This document shows positions 14,187 through 27,861 of a stretch of DNA of 124,000 bases, piece after piece. The stretch spans positions 26,060,001 through 26,184,000 of the forward strand of contig OX597823.1 of NCBI GenBank assembly GCA_951406725.2. Reading direction: 5' to 3'. The translations under genes and the position numbers were made by a program. Each line of letters opens with the position of its first letter. Position 1 is the stretch's first letter. Under the pieces are notes generated by a model. It was not told the DNA's origin and did not search any database. It saw only the letters and a list, made by a program, of their open reading frames with translations. Source of the stretch: Octopus vulgaris (Eukaryota).

Positions 14187-16967
14187 CATCAATATCAAAC
14201 TCCCTCCTAGTAATGTCTCAATCGCTGCCCCTGTGGCAAATAAGACCATTTCCATTGTCTGCTTTTAGCTTATTTTTCTTATACAGCTAACATAAATGGA
14301 AACAAATTGGAATATCAAAAACAAAATCAACAAGTCAGTAACTGAAGCAAAATGATGTCTTGTCATTTCGTAATCAACTTTGGTTTACAAAAGCAGAGAC
14401 CAAACATCCACAGTTTAGTGAAGGCCTTTGTTTGTTAATAGACAAGACAAAGCCGTTTTTTTTTTCCCTTCCATTTCTCTGTTAAAAATATTATTTCACG
14501 TTTTGCTATTATGTGATATTTTAGAATCGATGAGAAAATATAGAGGACACAGCTGTTTTTTTAATATTTTTCTTTTATTTGTATGAAACAGTTTTGACAT
14601 ATAGAGCATTTGTTGGACATTTCTACAGAGGAAGTAGACAGAACTGTTTATTCTTCATACTGCTACTACTCAGCATACTATAAATGCTTAAATATCCTAT
14701 TTTTACATTGTGCCATATCAATATTATGATGGCCCTTCACAATCAACTACAAGCCTTTCTCTCGCACAACATATATGAGAGATATTCTTTCGTATAGCTT
14801 TTAGCTTCGAGTGTAAAATTTTAGAAAGATGATTTTCCATTTCTCTCGAAAACAACAAATAAAAGAACTAAATATGTTGGCTATAAACATTGACACGTTC
14901 CCGCAACATTCTTCAAACAAGAAACCTTGCAGAGAAGTCTACATTATTTAGTTTCTATCTGAGAGAGAGAGAGAGAGAGAACGAATGTTATTGTTGATAT
15001 TTTAACCTTAGATCACCAACAATCGAGTAAACTTCAGATCAAAAGTATTCTTGACGTGACCATCCTGCTTTAAAAATCTAATATGAATACTAATACGATT
15101 TAAGTGAGATCTGGCTGCTATTTCTAGCAATTCGGACGACCACACTAAGGTGTCGTTCGCTTGAGATGGTATTAACAAGGTGCTTGGTAAATACAAAAAC
15201 TTTTTTTTACCAATTCTACTAAGCCAGTGTGCTTTGATCGGGCAGGGGCACTGCCATTAATTCAAACGATATTCCCCGGTACTTGAATGGCACTTTATTT
15301 TATCGATCCCAGAAGGATGAAAAGCGTAATTTATGTTCAGTGTTCAAATCCTCACCATAAAGCTACGTAAATAAACATCGTCCGCAACAAAGAATTAAAA
15401 GAAAAAAAAAACTGAATAAACAATAATAATACTACCTACAATGAACAGTGTTTAATATAAGGTTATTACCAGTTCAAATATGCTTGAAGCATATTCGAAT
15501 CCCCACAGTAGACAAATGGTGTAAATTTTGTCCACGACAAAAAACATTACGGGCTCGAATATGCCCCAAGCATATTTGAACTGGTAATAACCATCACTGC
15601 TTAGCGCTGCCACCCCGTAATACTTAATATGTTGTAAACCCATTGAAATTGGTGATGGAACGTAAAAATAAGTCACCTCCCTCGAAACTACTTAGCTATT
15701 TTATATATTTGGAACTAGCACATTAAGACGAGGATGTTAAAGATTTTTTTTATTTATGATAGGGGACATACCAGAGTTTTTAAAAATGACATGCAAAATA
15801 TTCTTTTTTTTTATAAGCAGACCCAAATAAATACATTTTTTATAACTAATAACAAATAGAATTAAAAAAACCCGAGACCCGAAAAATCTTTACTTTTTAA
15901 AGGTTTATCTGAACGATTAATATATTTCTGTTGTAATTAACAGAGGAAATTATTTATGTATTAATTTATCAATTAATAGAGAAGTATAAAGTGATATACA
16001 ACCAAACGTATGTTTGGGCCAAATGACTCAAAATACAAAAAACATGAACATATTCTATTTAATAATCTTTACTTCGAAGGTTAGACGATCGCCTTTAGGC
16101 TTTCGTAGCCAAAACTTCAGTAATAGTAGTTTATTTATGTAGATAATGGATATATATATTATGAGAGTTAAACACTGTAGAGCAATGTTTTATCTCGTTC
16201 CTGTTCAGTAATAATCAACATTAAACTGAAAACAATGAAGTAAGCTTTGATACACTGTAGCAAGCACGACCACCTTACTATAGTGTGTGTGTGTGTGTAC
16301 ACAAATTATACACACACATATATATATATATTAGACACACGTTTATACATACATATAACTCGATCACAACCAACCCAGAATATATAATTAGATAAAGGAT
16401 ATTAACTTGAAATGGAAATGAGATAGAGAGAGAGATTTAAGATGTGCGTTTTAGACGTGTTGAACACAACACATTCCAACTGAGACATGATAACATCGAG
16501 TGTTCGATAAAGTTTTAAAAATAAGTCAAGAGATTTTAAACTACCACGGTAGTCCATTAGTCTACCCCATAAATATGAAAAAGAGTTAAAAAAACTCGGA
16601 ATATTTTACGTAAAACAAAACATCTAAAATGCGACAGATATTAGAATTAAAATAGCAGGTATGTTAGTTGTTGTTTAGATATTAGGTTTTAGCCAAGATC
16701 GAACAAACATATAATAAAAGACAGTTCAGCCTTCATCATCCTTTAAATATATATAACCCTAGGTAAATCCAATGGTATACCAAAAACAGTGAGGTTTGGT
16801 TCCTATTCTAGTAGGTTCGAATCACAGAGGCTCCTTCACTGACTCACAGCATTAATAGCTGTTTTGATCTGGGGCATGTTGAATGAACAAACCAAGTTCT
16901 AACCGTGACTACTATTTTTATATATATATGTATTAGATCCTACATTTTTAAATGTGTCCTTCCCTGT

Positions 16968-17000
<33 letters not shown>

Positions 17001-17391
17001 TTAAATTCCCCAACAGGATAGAGTGTTGCTGCTATTCGGGGAAGATATGGGTTTGGCTGTGACTTCTAAAAAGCTAAGTGACTGTGAAGAGACCCTCCTT
17101 AGTTCGTCAGCGCAAAGATAGTAGCAGTCTTGGTAGTGACTACAAGTATTATACAGCTTCGAGTCGAACACAATGTTTATGTTTAACAATCAGATATGAT
17201 CATATACTATTAAAGTTAAAGGGGGGGGGGTGTTACACACACACACACACGCTTTTACACAAATATTTAGTCATTCACTTTACACCCTAACACGTTTATT
17301 ATAAATATATAACTTTATACACAAACATTATGTATTTCTATACATTTATACACATACATTTTTATGAATAAACTCACATACTTCGTTTTTG

Positions 17392-17435
<44 letters not shown>

Positions 17436-17664
17436 GCGTAATGAATCTCCCAAGACAAAATATTAAGCTTCAAACACAACACAGACGATAACAAAAAGAA
17501 GTACTTGATATGTGTATATACACGCTGTGAAATCATTACATATATATAGGTGTGTGTGTGTGTAATATTTTCTGCTGCTGCATCAATATATTACTACATA
17601 TAGACAATTACACACACACACAAATATATATATACACACATATATACGTGTCTGTGTGTATACG

Positions 17665-17695
<31 letters not shown>

Positions 17696-17897
17696 ACATA
17701 CATATTATATATATATATATATACCACACTTTATATATAAAGCTCCAGAACCATATCACAAACAGACCATCATCTCAACAGAAGGAAGTACTTGATCTAT
17801 GCGTTGTCAAATCATTACACTGATATATATATATATATTATATTATATTATATCGTATTTTCTGTCGTTGTTGCTTTAACAATATATTGTTACTTAC

Positions 17898-17940
17898 CAA
17901 CATCAGGATCAAAAGATCCCGAGTTACCAAATAATGGCAT
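17898..17940 (-). CDS. STAM: First coding exon of STAM-like (VHS-domain ESCRT-0 subunit) gene
   Basis: Reverse complement reads ATG CCA TTA TTT GGT AAC TCG GGA TCT TTT GAT CCT GAT GTT G|gtaagt = MPLFGNSGSFDPDV(E). This resembles the human STAM N-terminus MPLFATNPFDQDVEKAT with the same phase-1 intron after DV. I found no exon 2 in 1-17897, so intron 1 probably runs out of the window. Confidence 0.75.
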
Positions 17941-18135
17941 ATTTTGTAGCCTGTGTTTCACAACAACAGTGGGGGGTCGACGGCAGACGTAAGCTCCTCC
18001 TTTTCACATTGACACTAAGCTAAAAACTTCAACACTTTACACAGCTTCGACTTCCTCTACAGCTGCCACTGCGCATGTCAATATGATGTCACTTGCTTTT
18101 ATTTCCGATTGTTCATCGGTCCACGTGAGACTGAC
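17941..18135. promoter_or_regulatory. STAM 5' UTR / promoter region with NRF1(EWG)-like motif and E-box
   Basis: Unique, CpG-containing island between (TA)n tracts. ACTGCGCATG at 18068-18077 and CACGTG at 18122-18127 lie immediately upstream of the STAM ATG. Confidence 0.5.
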
Positions 18136-18175
18136 TCGACAACTTCCTTTTAGCTTTCTCACTATATCTTTGTGT

Positions 18176-18220
<45 letters not shown>

Positions 18221-18307
18221 CATATATATATATAATGTTTATATGTGTATGTTTATTTATATATGTCTGTGTGTGTGTATGTCAAAATAAACTTGTACAT
18301 TATATGT

Positions 18308-18390
18308 GAAACTCTGATGAAGCTATGCAGTAATGCACAAACACTCAGATCTAGGTGCACTGTATCTAATAGTAGAAACAGCTGTAAGCT
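18308..18390 (+). ncRNA. Degenerate hammerhead-like motif with long stem II
   Basis: CTGATGA 18314-18320, an approximately 54-nt hairpin, then GAAA 18375-18378, palindromic ACAGCTGT and GUA triplet. Stem I carries a mismatch. A related decayed copy lies at about 10565-10650. Confidence 0.45.
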
Positions 18391-18719
18391 AATGAAGTTG
18401 ATTACGTAATTCTTGTTCCTTTGTTATTTACTTAACTTCATATTATGTTCTATGCTTGCATAACTCTTTATTCTGCAGCATATATACAGTGTGTTTTGTG
18501 TTATTAGTAGCGTTATGACTAAGCAAAATTTTCATATTTATATAAAATTTCTTTAGGGGATACCAGTCAAGCCACCTATACTTATATCCAGATATGCCTG
18601 TCAGTAACTCCTCACTTGAATGGGCCATAATAACACAGAACTTCACTTACAAAAAAATTAACAGATTTTGTTATATTGGCCAAAAACACACCTAAGTTTT
18701 CTGTGTCTGCGTGTATGTA

Positions 18720-18772
<53 letters not shown>

Positions 18773-18774
<2 letters not shown>

Positions 18775-19174
18775 TAGCAGTATCGCCCGGCGTTGCTCGG
18801 GTTTGTAAGGGAAATAACTATATAAGCATTTTTAGAGAGTTATAGCCAAAAATTAGCAAAAAAATGCATTAAAAATGGAAAAAATATGATGGTAATTTTT
18901 TTTTAAAAATCGTTGACTCATCGTAGACATTTTTAGAGAGTTACTTCCCTTATATAATAGCGAAAAAATGCATTAAAACGGAAAAAAAATTATGGTAATT
19001 TTTTTTTTTAATCGTAGACTCATCGTAGACGCGCGCTAATGCCCAGAAGGGCTCGATATGAATCACAACTATAAGATACCCGGTTTTGGTTAAACTGCAC
19101 CGCAAAATATGGGAGTAGTTAGGAATCTAAATCGTAGGAGACAGACACACAACTTGACTTTTATATATAAAGAT
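18773..19174 (+). mobile_element. Helentron/DINE-like non-autonomous element
   Basis: 5' ACTAGC..CCCGGCGTTGCTCGGG hairpin and 3' ttttatatataaagat. Inserted in (TA)n. Confidence 0.6.
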
Positions 19175-19536
19175 ATCGTGTACATTTTTCTCATTTTTGG
19201 CTTGCCTTCATTAAGAATTAGCACATATCAGCAGCATTTCTATATGAAGATGTGACTACGCAGGGTTAAAAAAATTTGATGATTGATATAAACTCAACAC
19301 AAAGAAAAAGCTCTTTTCATATAAATGTGTGAGTGTATCCATACATACATACATACATATATTCTTTTGTTTCAGTTATTTGACTGCGGCCATGCTGGAG
19401 CACCGCTTTGAAGGATTTATTTAGTCGAACAAATCGACCTTAGTACTTATTCTATCGGTCTGTTTTGCCGAACCGCTAAGTTATGAGGACATAAACACAC
19501 CAGCATCGGTTGTCAAGCAATGGTAGGTGGGGACAA

Positions 19537-19580
<44 letters not shown>

Positions 19581-19582
<2 letters not shown>

Positions 19583-19964
19583 CTCTATATATAAACGGCA
19601 GTTTGTCTGTGCGTGTTTCTGTGTGTCTGTTTGCTTGTACTCTCACCCTGACCACGGCTTTCAACCGATTCTGATGAAACTTGACACACACATAGCCCAA
19701 TGTCATAATTCAAAACTAACGCAGCGAAAATTTTGAAAAGTTCCCCAGTTCTGAAAAAAATCGATATATTCGACATGGGGTCGAGAATCAGAAACACAAA
19801 CCGCAAACTGTCTAGGGGACGCAACTCCACCTTTTTTACTCTCAAAAAAAAATTACCATCATTTTTTTCCAATTTTTTCGCTATTTTTTTGGCTATAACT
19901 CTCTAAAAATGCTTTTTAGTTATTTCCCTTACAAACCTGAGCAATGCCGGGCGATACTGCTAGT
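19581..19964 (-). mobile_element. Helentron/DINE-like non-autonomous element
   Basis: Shares its 5' end with the 18773 copy in inverse orientation. Inserted in the (TA)n of a SINE. Confidence 0.6.
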
Positions 19965-22167
19965 ATATATATATATATATATATAACTGAGAATGTGTGT
20001 CTGTCTGTGTGAGTGAATCCCTAAAACTTGAGAACTACACAACCAATTTCATTCAAATTTTACACATGCCTCACTTACATGTAGTGTCATGGGCAAAAGA
20101 AATTTTGGATCTTTTCGGTTTTTTAAAATAATTTCTATGTAACTAAAAAATTTTTAACTTTGTATACTGGTAGAATGTGTTTATAAAACATCTTTTTCTC
20201 TTGGCTTTCTTGGGAAAATTCTGTGGTTTGTGAGATATTTGGTCTGTAATTTCTTGCATTTCGGCAATTTCAGCCAATCAATGACGTCTATTGAGGTGAA
20301 AACAATATCTGCCGAAGTCTGTCAACAGCAATTTTTTGCGGTGTCATATGAAAATGTCCCTAAGAAACAAATTGGGTTTATTTACATTTCTGAAGAAAAA
20401 AAGTTACCCTTCCCCCACCCCTAACCCTAACCATAACTAGCCCTCCCCACCCTTAACCCTAACTGACCCTCCCCACTCCTAACCCTAAACCTAACTAACC
20501 CTCCCCACCTACCATATATATATATATATATCATCCGAACGTGGCCGCATCGACTGGCCTCCGTGCTGTGGGCACGTAACAAACACCATCCTATCGTGGC
20601 CATTTGCCAGCCTCGTCTGGCACCTGTGTCGGTGGCACATAAAAAAACACCATCTGAGCATGGCCGTCTGCCAGCCTCGTCTGGCACATGTGTCGGTGGC
20701 ACATAAAAAACACCATACGAGCGTGGCCGTTCGCCAGCCTCGTCTGGCACCTGTGTTGGTGGCACATAAAATCACCCACTACACTCTCGGAGTGGTTGGC
20801 GTTAGGAAGGGCATCCAGCTGTAGAAACACTGCCAGATCTGACTGGCCTGGTGCAGCCTTCGGGCTCCCCAGACCCCAGTTGAACCGACCAACCCATGCT
20901 AGCATGGAAAGTGGACGTTAAACGATGATGATGATGATGATATATATATATATATATAAAACACCCTAATGGGGGCCTTAACTCCCAAATTTTGGTAATT
21001 TCTTTTATGATCCAAAACTAGGTCAAAAGTATTGAATGGATCTTTATGAAATTTGGAATTTATATTCTATGCATAAGGGCCATAACCCCAATGACAATTC
21101 ATATATTTTTACTATTGATGAAATTTTAACCATAGATATTAGGCCCAAATGAAGTAATATTTATAAAATTTCATCTTCTTACAAGTTAGAAAGACCCTCC
21201 ATGGCGACATAACACCCACAATTTTGTCATTTTATCTAAGCAAAGATGAATACAGTTGTACTCTTGGAAGCTGTAGGGTTACCCGAGCATAAAAGATGAG
21301 CATTATTTGTAATTCAATGATACAACAGTGTAACAGTTTGCTTTGACATACACTTACATTGTGATTTCTGCAATTGCCTCCACTGACTCAGTTGCAAAGT
21401 GTTGAGTAAAGTTATTTGATTGCAGACCTCCTTTCAGTGTTTTTATTATCACTGGGTCACACATAGTCCCCCGATGGTCACATTGATTTCAAGGTTTTCC
21501 CAGATGAGTGACTGGTTATTCAAAGACATTTATAGATTGTAAATTTATTCTGTCCATTTACGTATCTGTACAGTGGTCATTCGCAAACTCCAACTTTCAT
21601 TTCTCCTTAGCCCTCACGTCACACAGTTGTTAATGTTTATTTCAGTTGGGTCACGCCCTTCCAATTGCTACAAATTCGTAATGCATCTTATGGCTGTGCC
21701 TGTCACCTGGATGGTTAGGAATCCTACATTGGGAGTGGTAACAACTAGGGTAGGGTAGCTGACTGCTTATTGTGATCATTTGTCTTTTGTTTTCCTGTAG
21801 CTTTGCTCTCTTTTACAAACCCAGTGAACATATATTTCCTATTTCAAAGAAATTCAAACAATAGATATATGACCCAAGTTAAAAAGATTCTCAACAATTC
21901 AACTTCTCTGCTTTACATTAAGACACCCACCCCCAACAGGGGCCTTCACTCTCACATTCTAGAGCTCCATGACCTTCATTTTTCAGGAGCAAAATCCTTT
22001 TAACAGGTTCAATAAGACTGGAGTTTTGGAATATGCACATAAAAAATCAGTAGTATGGGATACATGTGGCACGATTACAATTTTTTTTTGGGTGTGTAAA
22101 GAGGGAAACAACCCTCATCTGCAATTTTGATGAAATTCGAAACAGATATTTCAGTTCATTACAGAAA

Positions 22168-22307
22168 AGTCTAATTCTTCAATTGCATGTAACCCGGGCA
22201 ACGCCGGGTATCTTTGCTAGTCTATATACATATATATATATATATGTATATAGACTAGCAAAGATACCCGGCGTTGCCCGTGTTACATGCAATTGAAGAA
22301 TTAGACT
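22168..22307. repeat. 140-bp palindrome of two Helentron-like 5' ends centred on (TA)n
   Basis: agtctaattc..gctagt(TA)n actagc..gaattagact, one mismatch. Confidence 0.85.
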
Positions 22308-22373
22308 ATGTATATTAGAAGGTTTGGAGATGATGTACAGGTATTTTACAGATGATGTACAGGTGTATTTTCT

Positions 22374-22409
<36 letters not shown>

Positions 22410-23121
22410 CGCACTTCTTTCAGTTTCTGTCTGCCAAATCCACTCAACTCTTTGGTCAGGCCGAAGCTATAGTAGGAGACCCTTCTCAAGGTTCCACACT
22501 GTGGGACTGAACTCGGAACCATGTGGTTGGCAAGCAAACTTCTGACTACACAGCGACGAATATATTATGAAAGGAGACGGAAGGTGTGTGAATATAGATA
22601 AATAAAAAATATAAGCCAAGGGAAATAACTCATAGGCATTTTTTTTTTACTAACTTATTTTCCATCCACTTTTTTTTAATATAGTACATTGATTGCTATC
22701 ATTTATAGCTGTCTCCACTTCAAGATTCACCCTTATATAATTTTTTTATCTTTATTTATATGTATGCAAATTTATATTGGTAAAAAATTAATCGTAACTC
22801 TATGTCTAGTATGAAAAATATCTTCATCAGCTGATTGGCAGGCTTAGTAAGATTATACTCTGTTGATGAGGTCCAATTGCTGGAAACATATCCATAGTTG
22901 TCCCATGCACATAAACAAAAACCAGATTTTCCTATTCTGAAATACTTCAGAAATTAATTTTCTTGAAATTGTCTCACCTTTTCCAATATCTAACAACTGC
23001 CTCTAGGGTTATACTTTCTTTTTCCAACTAAGAGAGAAGCTTTAATTGATTAAGAAGTTTTTTATGTATAACATTCAATAATTCGACTCTTTACTTAATT
23101 ACCTATGTAATATACAAACAT

Positions 23122-23172
<51 letters not shown>

Positions 23173-23339
23173 TACATACATACATACATACATACATACA
23201 TACATACATACATACATGCAATCATATAGATATATATCAGATTGAGTAAAAAGTAAGCAACGTTTTGAACCATGAAAAATTTGTACCGGATTTTTGCAGA
23301 GTTTTAAATTTTTATAAACATTTCTTTTTTTTTGCAATT

Positions 23340-23990
23340 GTCTGATAATACAGACATAGACTTGCCCAAATGCATCAATAAATTAACATTGATATTTTTT
23401 CCACCGTTCTTACAATCATCTGAAATGGAACTGTCAAAGTGCGATATTTGAGAAATTTTTCTATTCAACCTCAAAAAAGGATGTAAAGCAGCTGAAACTG
23501 CTCACAATATCAACAAAACATTTGGTGGTGTACTGCTGGACTCTTGCACTATAACTTCTTAAAATCCAGAAAAACCATTACTACAGTAACATATTGCCAT
23601 GAAAACTTCTACTCCTCCGTCCCAGACTGGTCAACAGAAGAGGGCCAATCATTCTTCATGACAATGCTTGACCACACATTTCACTAATGACGCTCTAGAA
23701 GTTGAGGGAACTTGGCTATGAAGTTCTTCCTCACCCAGCTTATTCTTCAGACCTTTCTCCAACCAACTACCACTTTTTCAAGCACCTTGATGGTTTCCTG
23801 TGAGAGAAGGAATTCATAAACCAAACTGATATAGAAAGCACATTCAAAGTGTTCATCAGCTCTAGAATGGTACTTACTTTGATGAATAAAATTTCCAAAC
23901 TGTTGAAATATATTGTGATGAATTTTATGTTTCAAAATGTTGCTTACCTTTTACTCAGCCTGATATATATCATTGCTATTATGCAAAAGT
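23340..23990 (+). mobile_element. Internally deleted mariner
   Basis: KGCKAAETAHNINKTFG joined to ILHDNA*PH..HPAYSSDLSPTNYHFF. Confidence 0.7.
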
Positions 23991-24375
23991 GTCGTAAGTC
24001 CAAAATGTTGCTTTTTCAGAAAATGAAAAAAATAGTTTCAGCATTCCATTTCTTTTTAAATAAGCAAGTTTCAGCTTAACAATAATACATTGTTGGGTGC
24101 ATAAAATCGTAATTTCCGGCATGTATATTTTCAGTCAGAAATATTTTTACAAAACTGTTGTATGTGGGACTTACTATACTTTTGAGAAATGCTAAACCAT
24201 TGTACTACGCTTTTTATCAATTTGCATATCTTGGCATCTGAAGCAGCTGGAGATACAATAGTATGACCAGAACAACCGGCTATTGCAAGCAAAATTAAAT
24301 ATTGAAAAAACAAATATATTTGGCCAAATTTGGACATACAACAGTTAAACATAATAGCAACAATATATATATATC

Positions 24376-26270
24376 ATCATCATCATCGTATAACGTCCGT
24401 TTTCCGTGCTAGCATGGGTTGGATGGTTCGACTGGGATCTGGGAAGCCAGGAGGCTGCACCAGGCTCCAGTCTGATCTGGCAGTGTTTCTACAGCTAGAT
24501 GCCCTTCCTAATGCCAACCACTCCATGAGTGTAGTGGGTGTTTTTTACGTGCCACTAGCACAGGTGCCAGGGGAGGCTGGCAGCGGCCACGATCGGTTGG
24601 TACTTTTTACGTTCCACCGGCACAGAAGCCAGTCAAGGCAGCGCTGGCATCAGCCTTGTTCGGATGTTGCTTTTTATGTGCCACTGGCACAGGTATCACA
24701 ACTACTATTTCTATTTGATATTCATTTTGATGTTGATGTACTTGACTCAATAGGTCTCCTCAAGCACAGCAGGTCACCCTACAATCCAAGGTAAGCACAG
24801 CAGGTCGTTCTGCAATCCAAGGTACTTTGGATGGGCTGAGGCTATGCAAAACTGGTGCAGGAAGCAGCTCAGGTCTTTGCAGTCACAGCATATCTCCAGA
24901 GATCTCGATCTTTCGTCATTACCTCTGTGAGGCCCAACGTTCGAAGGTCATGCTTGACTACCTTATCCCATATCTTCCTGGGTCTCCCTCTCCCCCTGAT
25001 ACCTTCAACTGCTTGGAGGTGGCACTTCTTCACATATCTCTCCTCATCCATCCGCAGTACATGACCATACCAGCACAAACGTCTCTCTTGCACACCACAT
25101 CTGATGCTTCTTATGTCCAGCATTTCTCTCAGGGCACTTACACTCTGTCGTATGTGCACACTGACATTACACATCCAGCGGATCATGCTAGCTTCATTTT
25201 TTTCAAGTCTACGCATGTCCTCTGCAGTCACAGCCCATGTTTCACTACCGTGAAGCATGGCAGTTCGCATGCATGCATCATACAATCTACCTTTCACTCT
25301 GAGCGAGAGACCCTTTGTCCCCAGTAGGGGTAGGATCTTTCTAAACTTTGCCCAGGCTATTCGTATTCTAGTGGTGACACTCTCTGAGCATCCACCTTCA
25401 CTACTAACTTGGTCACCTAAGTAGCGGAAACTATCAACTACTTCTGGTTTCTCCCCCTGGAGTGTGATGGAATCTGTTTTCTGAGTATCTGTGGTGTCTA
25501 TTGCCCCTGTGCATCTGCTGCACATGAAAGCTATCTTATCAGTTAATTTTCCTTTGATGTTGCTGCACCTCTTATGCATCCATAGCTTACACTGGGTACA
25601 TCTTATAGAGTTTCTACCTACACCTTTCCTACAGATCAAGCGGGACTACCTGCCCGAGGGGGTGGGTGATGAGTCCGCCTTTCAGCTTACTATAACTTTG
25701 GTCTTTGCTACATTTACTCTAAGGCCCTTTGATTCTAAACCTTGCTTCCACACCTGAAATTTCTTTTCTAGTTCCGGTAGTGATTCTGCTATGAGGGCCA
25801 GGTCATCAGCATAGAGTAACTCCCAGGGGCAACCCGTCTTGAATTCCTCTGTTATTGCCTGGAGGACTATGATGTATAAAAGGGGACTGAGGGGTGAACC
25901 TTGGTGGACCCCTACTTCTACCCGGAATTCTTCACTATACTCATTGCCAATCCTAGCCTTGCTGACAGCCTCTCTGTAAAGCCCTTATTAACCATTTGTC
26001 AATATCCAGTTTCCGCATCGCCCACCAGATAAGGGATCGGGGAACCCTGTCAAAAGCTTTCTCCAAGTCTACAAAAGCTATGTAGAGGGGTTTATCTTTA
26101 GCTAGGTATTTCTCCTGCAGTTGTCGAACCAGGAATATAGCATCAGTGGTGCTTCTACCCAGCACAAAACTGAACTGCATCTCATCTAAGCAAACTCTCT
26201 CCCTAATGAAATGGGCTATGACCCTCTCTGTGACCTTCATCATCTGATCCAACAGTTTAATACCCCTGTA
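24376..26270 (-). mobile_element. RTE-clade LINE, 5'-truncated, with 3' UTR and (GAT)n tail
   Basis: RT motifs FVDLEKAFDRVPR and LLYADDL, and C-terminal ERRLCWYGHVLRM..GRGRPRK. Ends in (GAT)n. Confidence 0.9.
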
Positions 26271-27197
26271 GTATATATATATATTGGCTGGCAAATTGTT
26301 GTATTTTATATATAAGTAAGGTACAAAATAAGGTACATAATAATCACAGATAAAAATATTCACATACTTCCCATGTACATGCATACACATATACACAGGG
26401 TTCAAATGCTGCTTGATTTTTCTTCTCAGCGTTGAATATTCACCATCCCACTTCCATTGCACACACAACCACACACACAAACATTTACATGACTCCCTTT
26501 TATATACACACACACACATCATCATGCAGAGTTGAAATGCTGTTTGATTTTTTTTTTCACCATAGAACTTCCATCAACCCACAACCAGTTTGCCATCACT
26601 CCTTCCTTCCTTATTCATCTATCATCTCTTCCTTTCTCATTCATATGTTGTGATGGAAAAATACAGAGGAGTATTATTATAGTAGAAGATATGGAAGGTA
26701 AATTAAATTAATACACTTGTTTGACAAGTGTATTAATTTAATATAACTATATAGTATATATACTACAGAATCAAACACATGCATTCACATGCTTCCCTTG
26801 TACCTGCACACACATACACACATATACTCACACAGAGTTGAAATGCTGTTTGAATTTTCTTTTCAGCATTGAACATTCACCATCCCACTTCCATTGCACA
26901 CACACACACACACAAATACTCACACAGAGTTCAAATGCTGATTTTTTTTTCACCCCTTCCTTCATTATTCATCTATCACCCCTTCCTTTCTCATTCATAT
27001 GTGACGGAGAAAAACAGAAGACATATGATGCGCTCTTTATCACTTCCTCTTTCTCATTGCTATTACTTTCTCTCATTCCCTCTCAGTCAGGGCTATTATT
27101 CTCACTACTTCTCCTTCACTAAATTACTATTTTCTCTGCTCTCTCTTCACTTATACTACTCTTTCTCCTACTCCCTCCTGCGTGATTTTGGACAAAT

Positions 27198-27234
<37 letters not shown>

Positions 27235-27236
<2 letters not shown>

Positions 27237-27815
27237 TCTCACCGAGGAAATAACTAGAGACCGAGACCTATGGAAGTATGCTGTGCGTGAGAAGACCCGG
27301 CAGGGATGTAGCCAGTCCACTTATGCATACCTTTCCTTCTTGGAACACAAAACTCTACTTGTGAAGACCTGTTGAGGCAAGTGAGAATCAAAATCAAAAT
27401 CAAAATCAATCAACATCAATGGAAATTGTAGCTGTGATACCAGTGCTGGTGGCACGTAAGTGAACCATCCGAACGTGGCCATTGCCAGCATCGCCCTGAC
27501 AGGCCTCCATGCTGGTGGCACATAAAAAGCACCATCCGAACATGGCCGTTGCCAGCCTCGCCTGGCACGTAAAAAGCACCATCCGATCGTGGCCATATGC
27601 CAGCCTCATCTGGCACCTGTGCTGGTGGCACGTAAAAAGCACCCACTACACTCACGAAGTGGTTGGCGTTAGGAAGGGCATCCAGCCGTAGAAACATTGC
27701 TAGATCAGACTGGGCCTGGTGCAGCCTTCTGGCTTCCCAGACCCCAGTTGAACCGTCCAACCCATGCTAGCATGGAAAGCGGACACCAAATGATGATGAT
27801 GATGATGATGATGAT
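27235..27815 (+). mobile_element. RTE 3'-UTR-derived SINE / truncated LINE (family 3; representative)
   Basis: ggttggcgttaggaagggcatccagc..catgctagcatggaaag..(GAT)n, identical in type to the 3' UTR of the 24.4 kb RTE. Other copies at about 6800, 8985, 10260, 10705, 20530, 87370 and 101635. Confidence 0.8.
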
Positions 27816-27817
27816 GA

Positions 27818-27861
<44 letters not shown>

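Noticed and set aside
17017-17200. Poly-T plus caacag acceptor-like site and short ORFs on the plus strand
   Set aside because: All frames stop quickly, there is no good donor, and it lies antisense within STAM intron 1.
1-17897. Search for STAM exons 2 onward (EKAT..EDW..ICD)
   Set aside because: No matching segment found by eye; they are probably outside the window.
22860-22895. ttgatgaggtccaattgctggaaac hammerhead-like fragment
   Set aside because: Core and stems are too degenerate to support a call.
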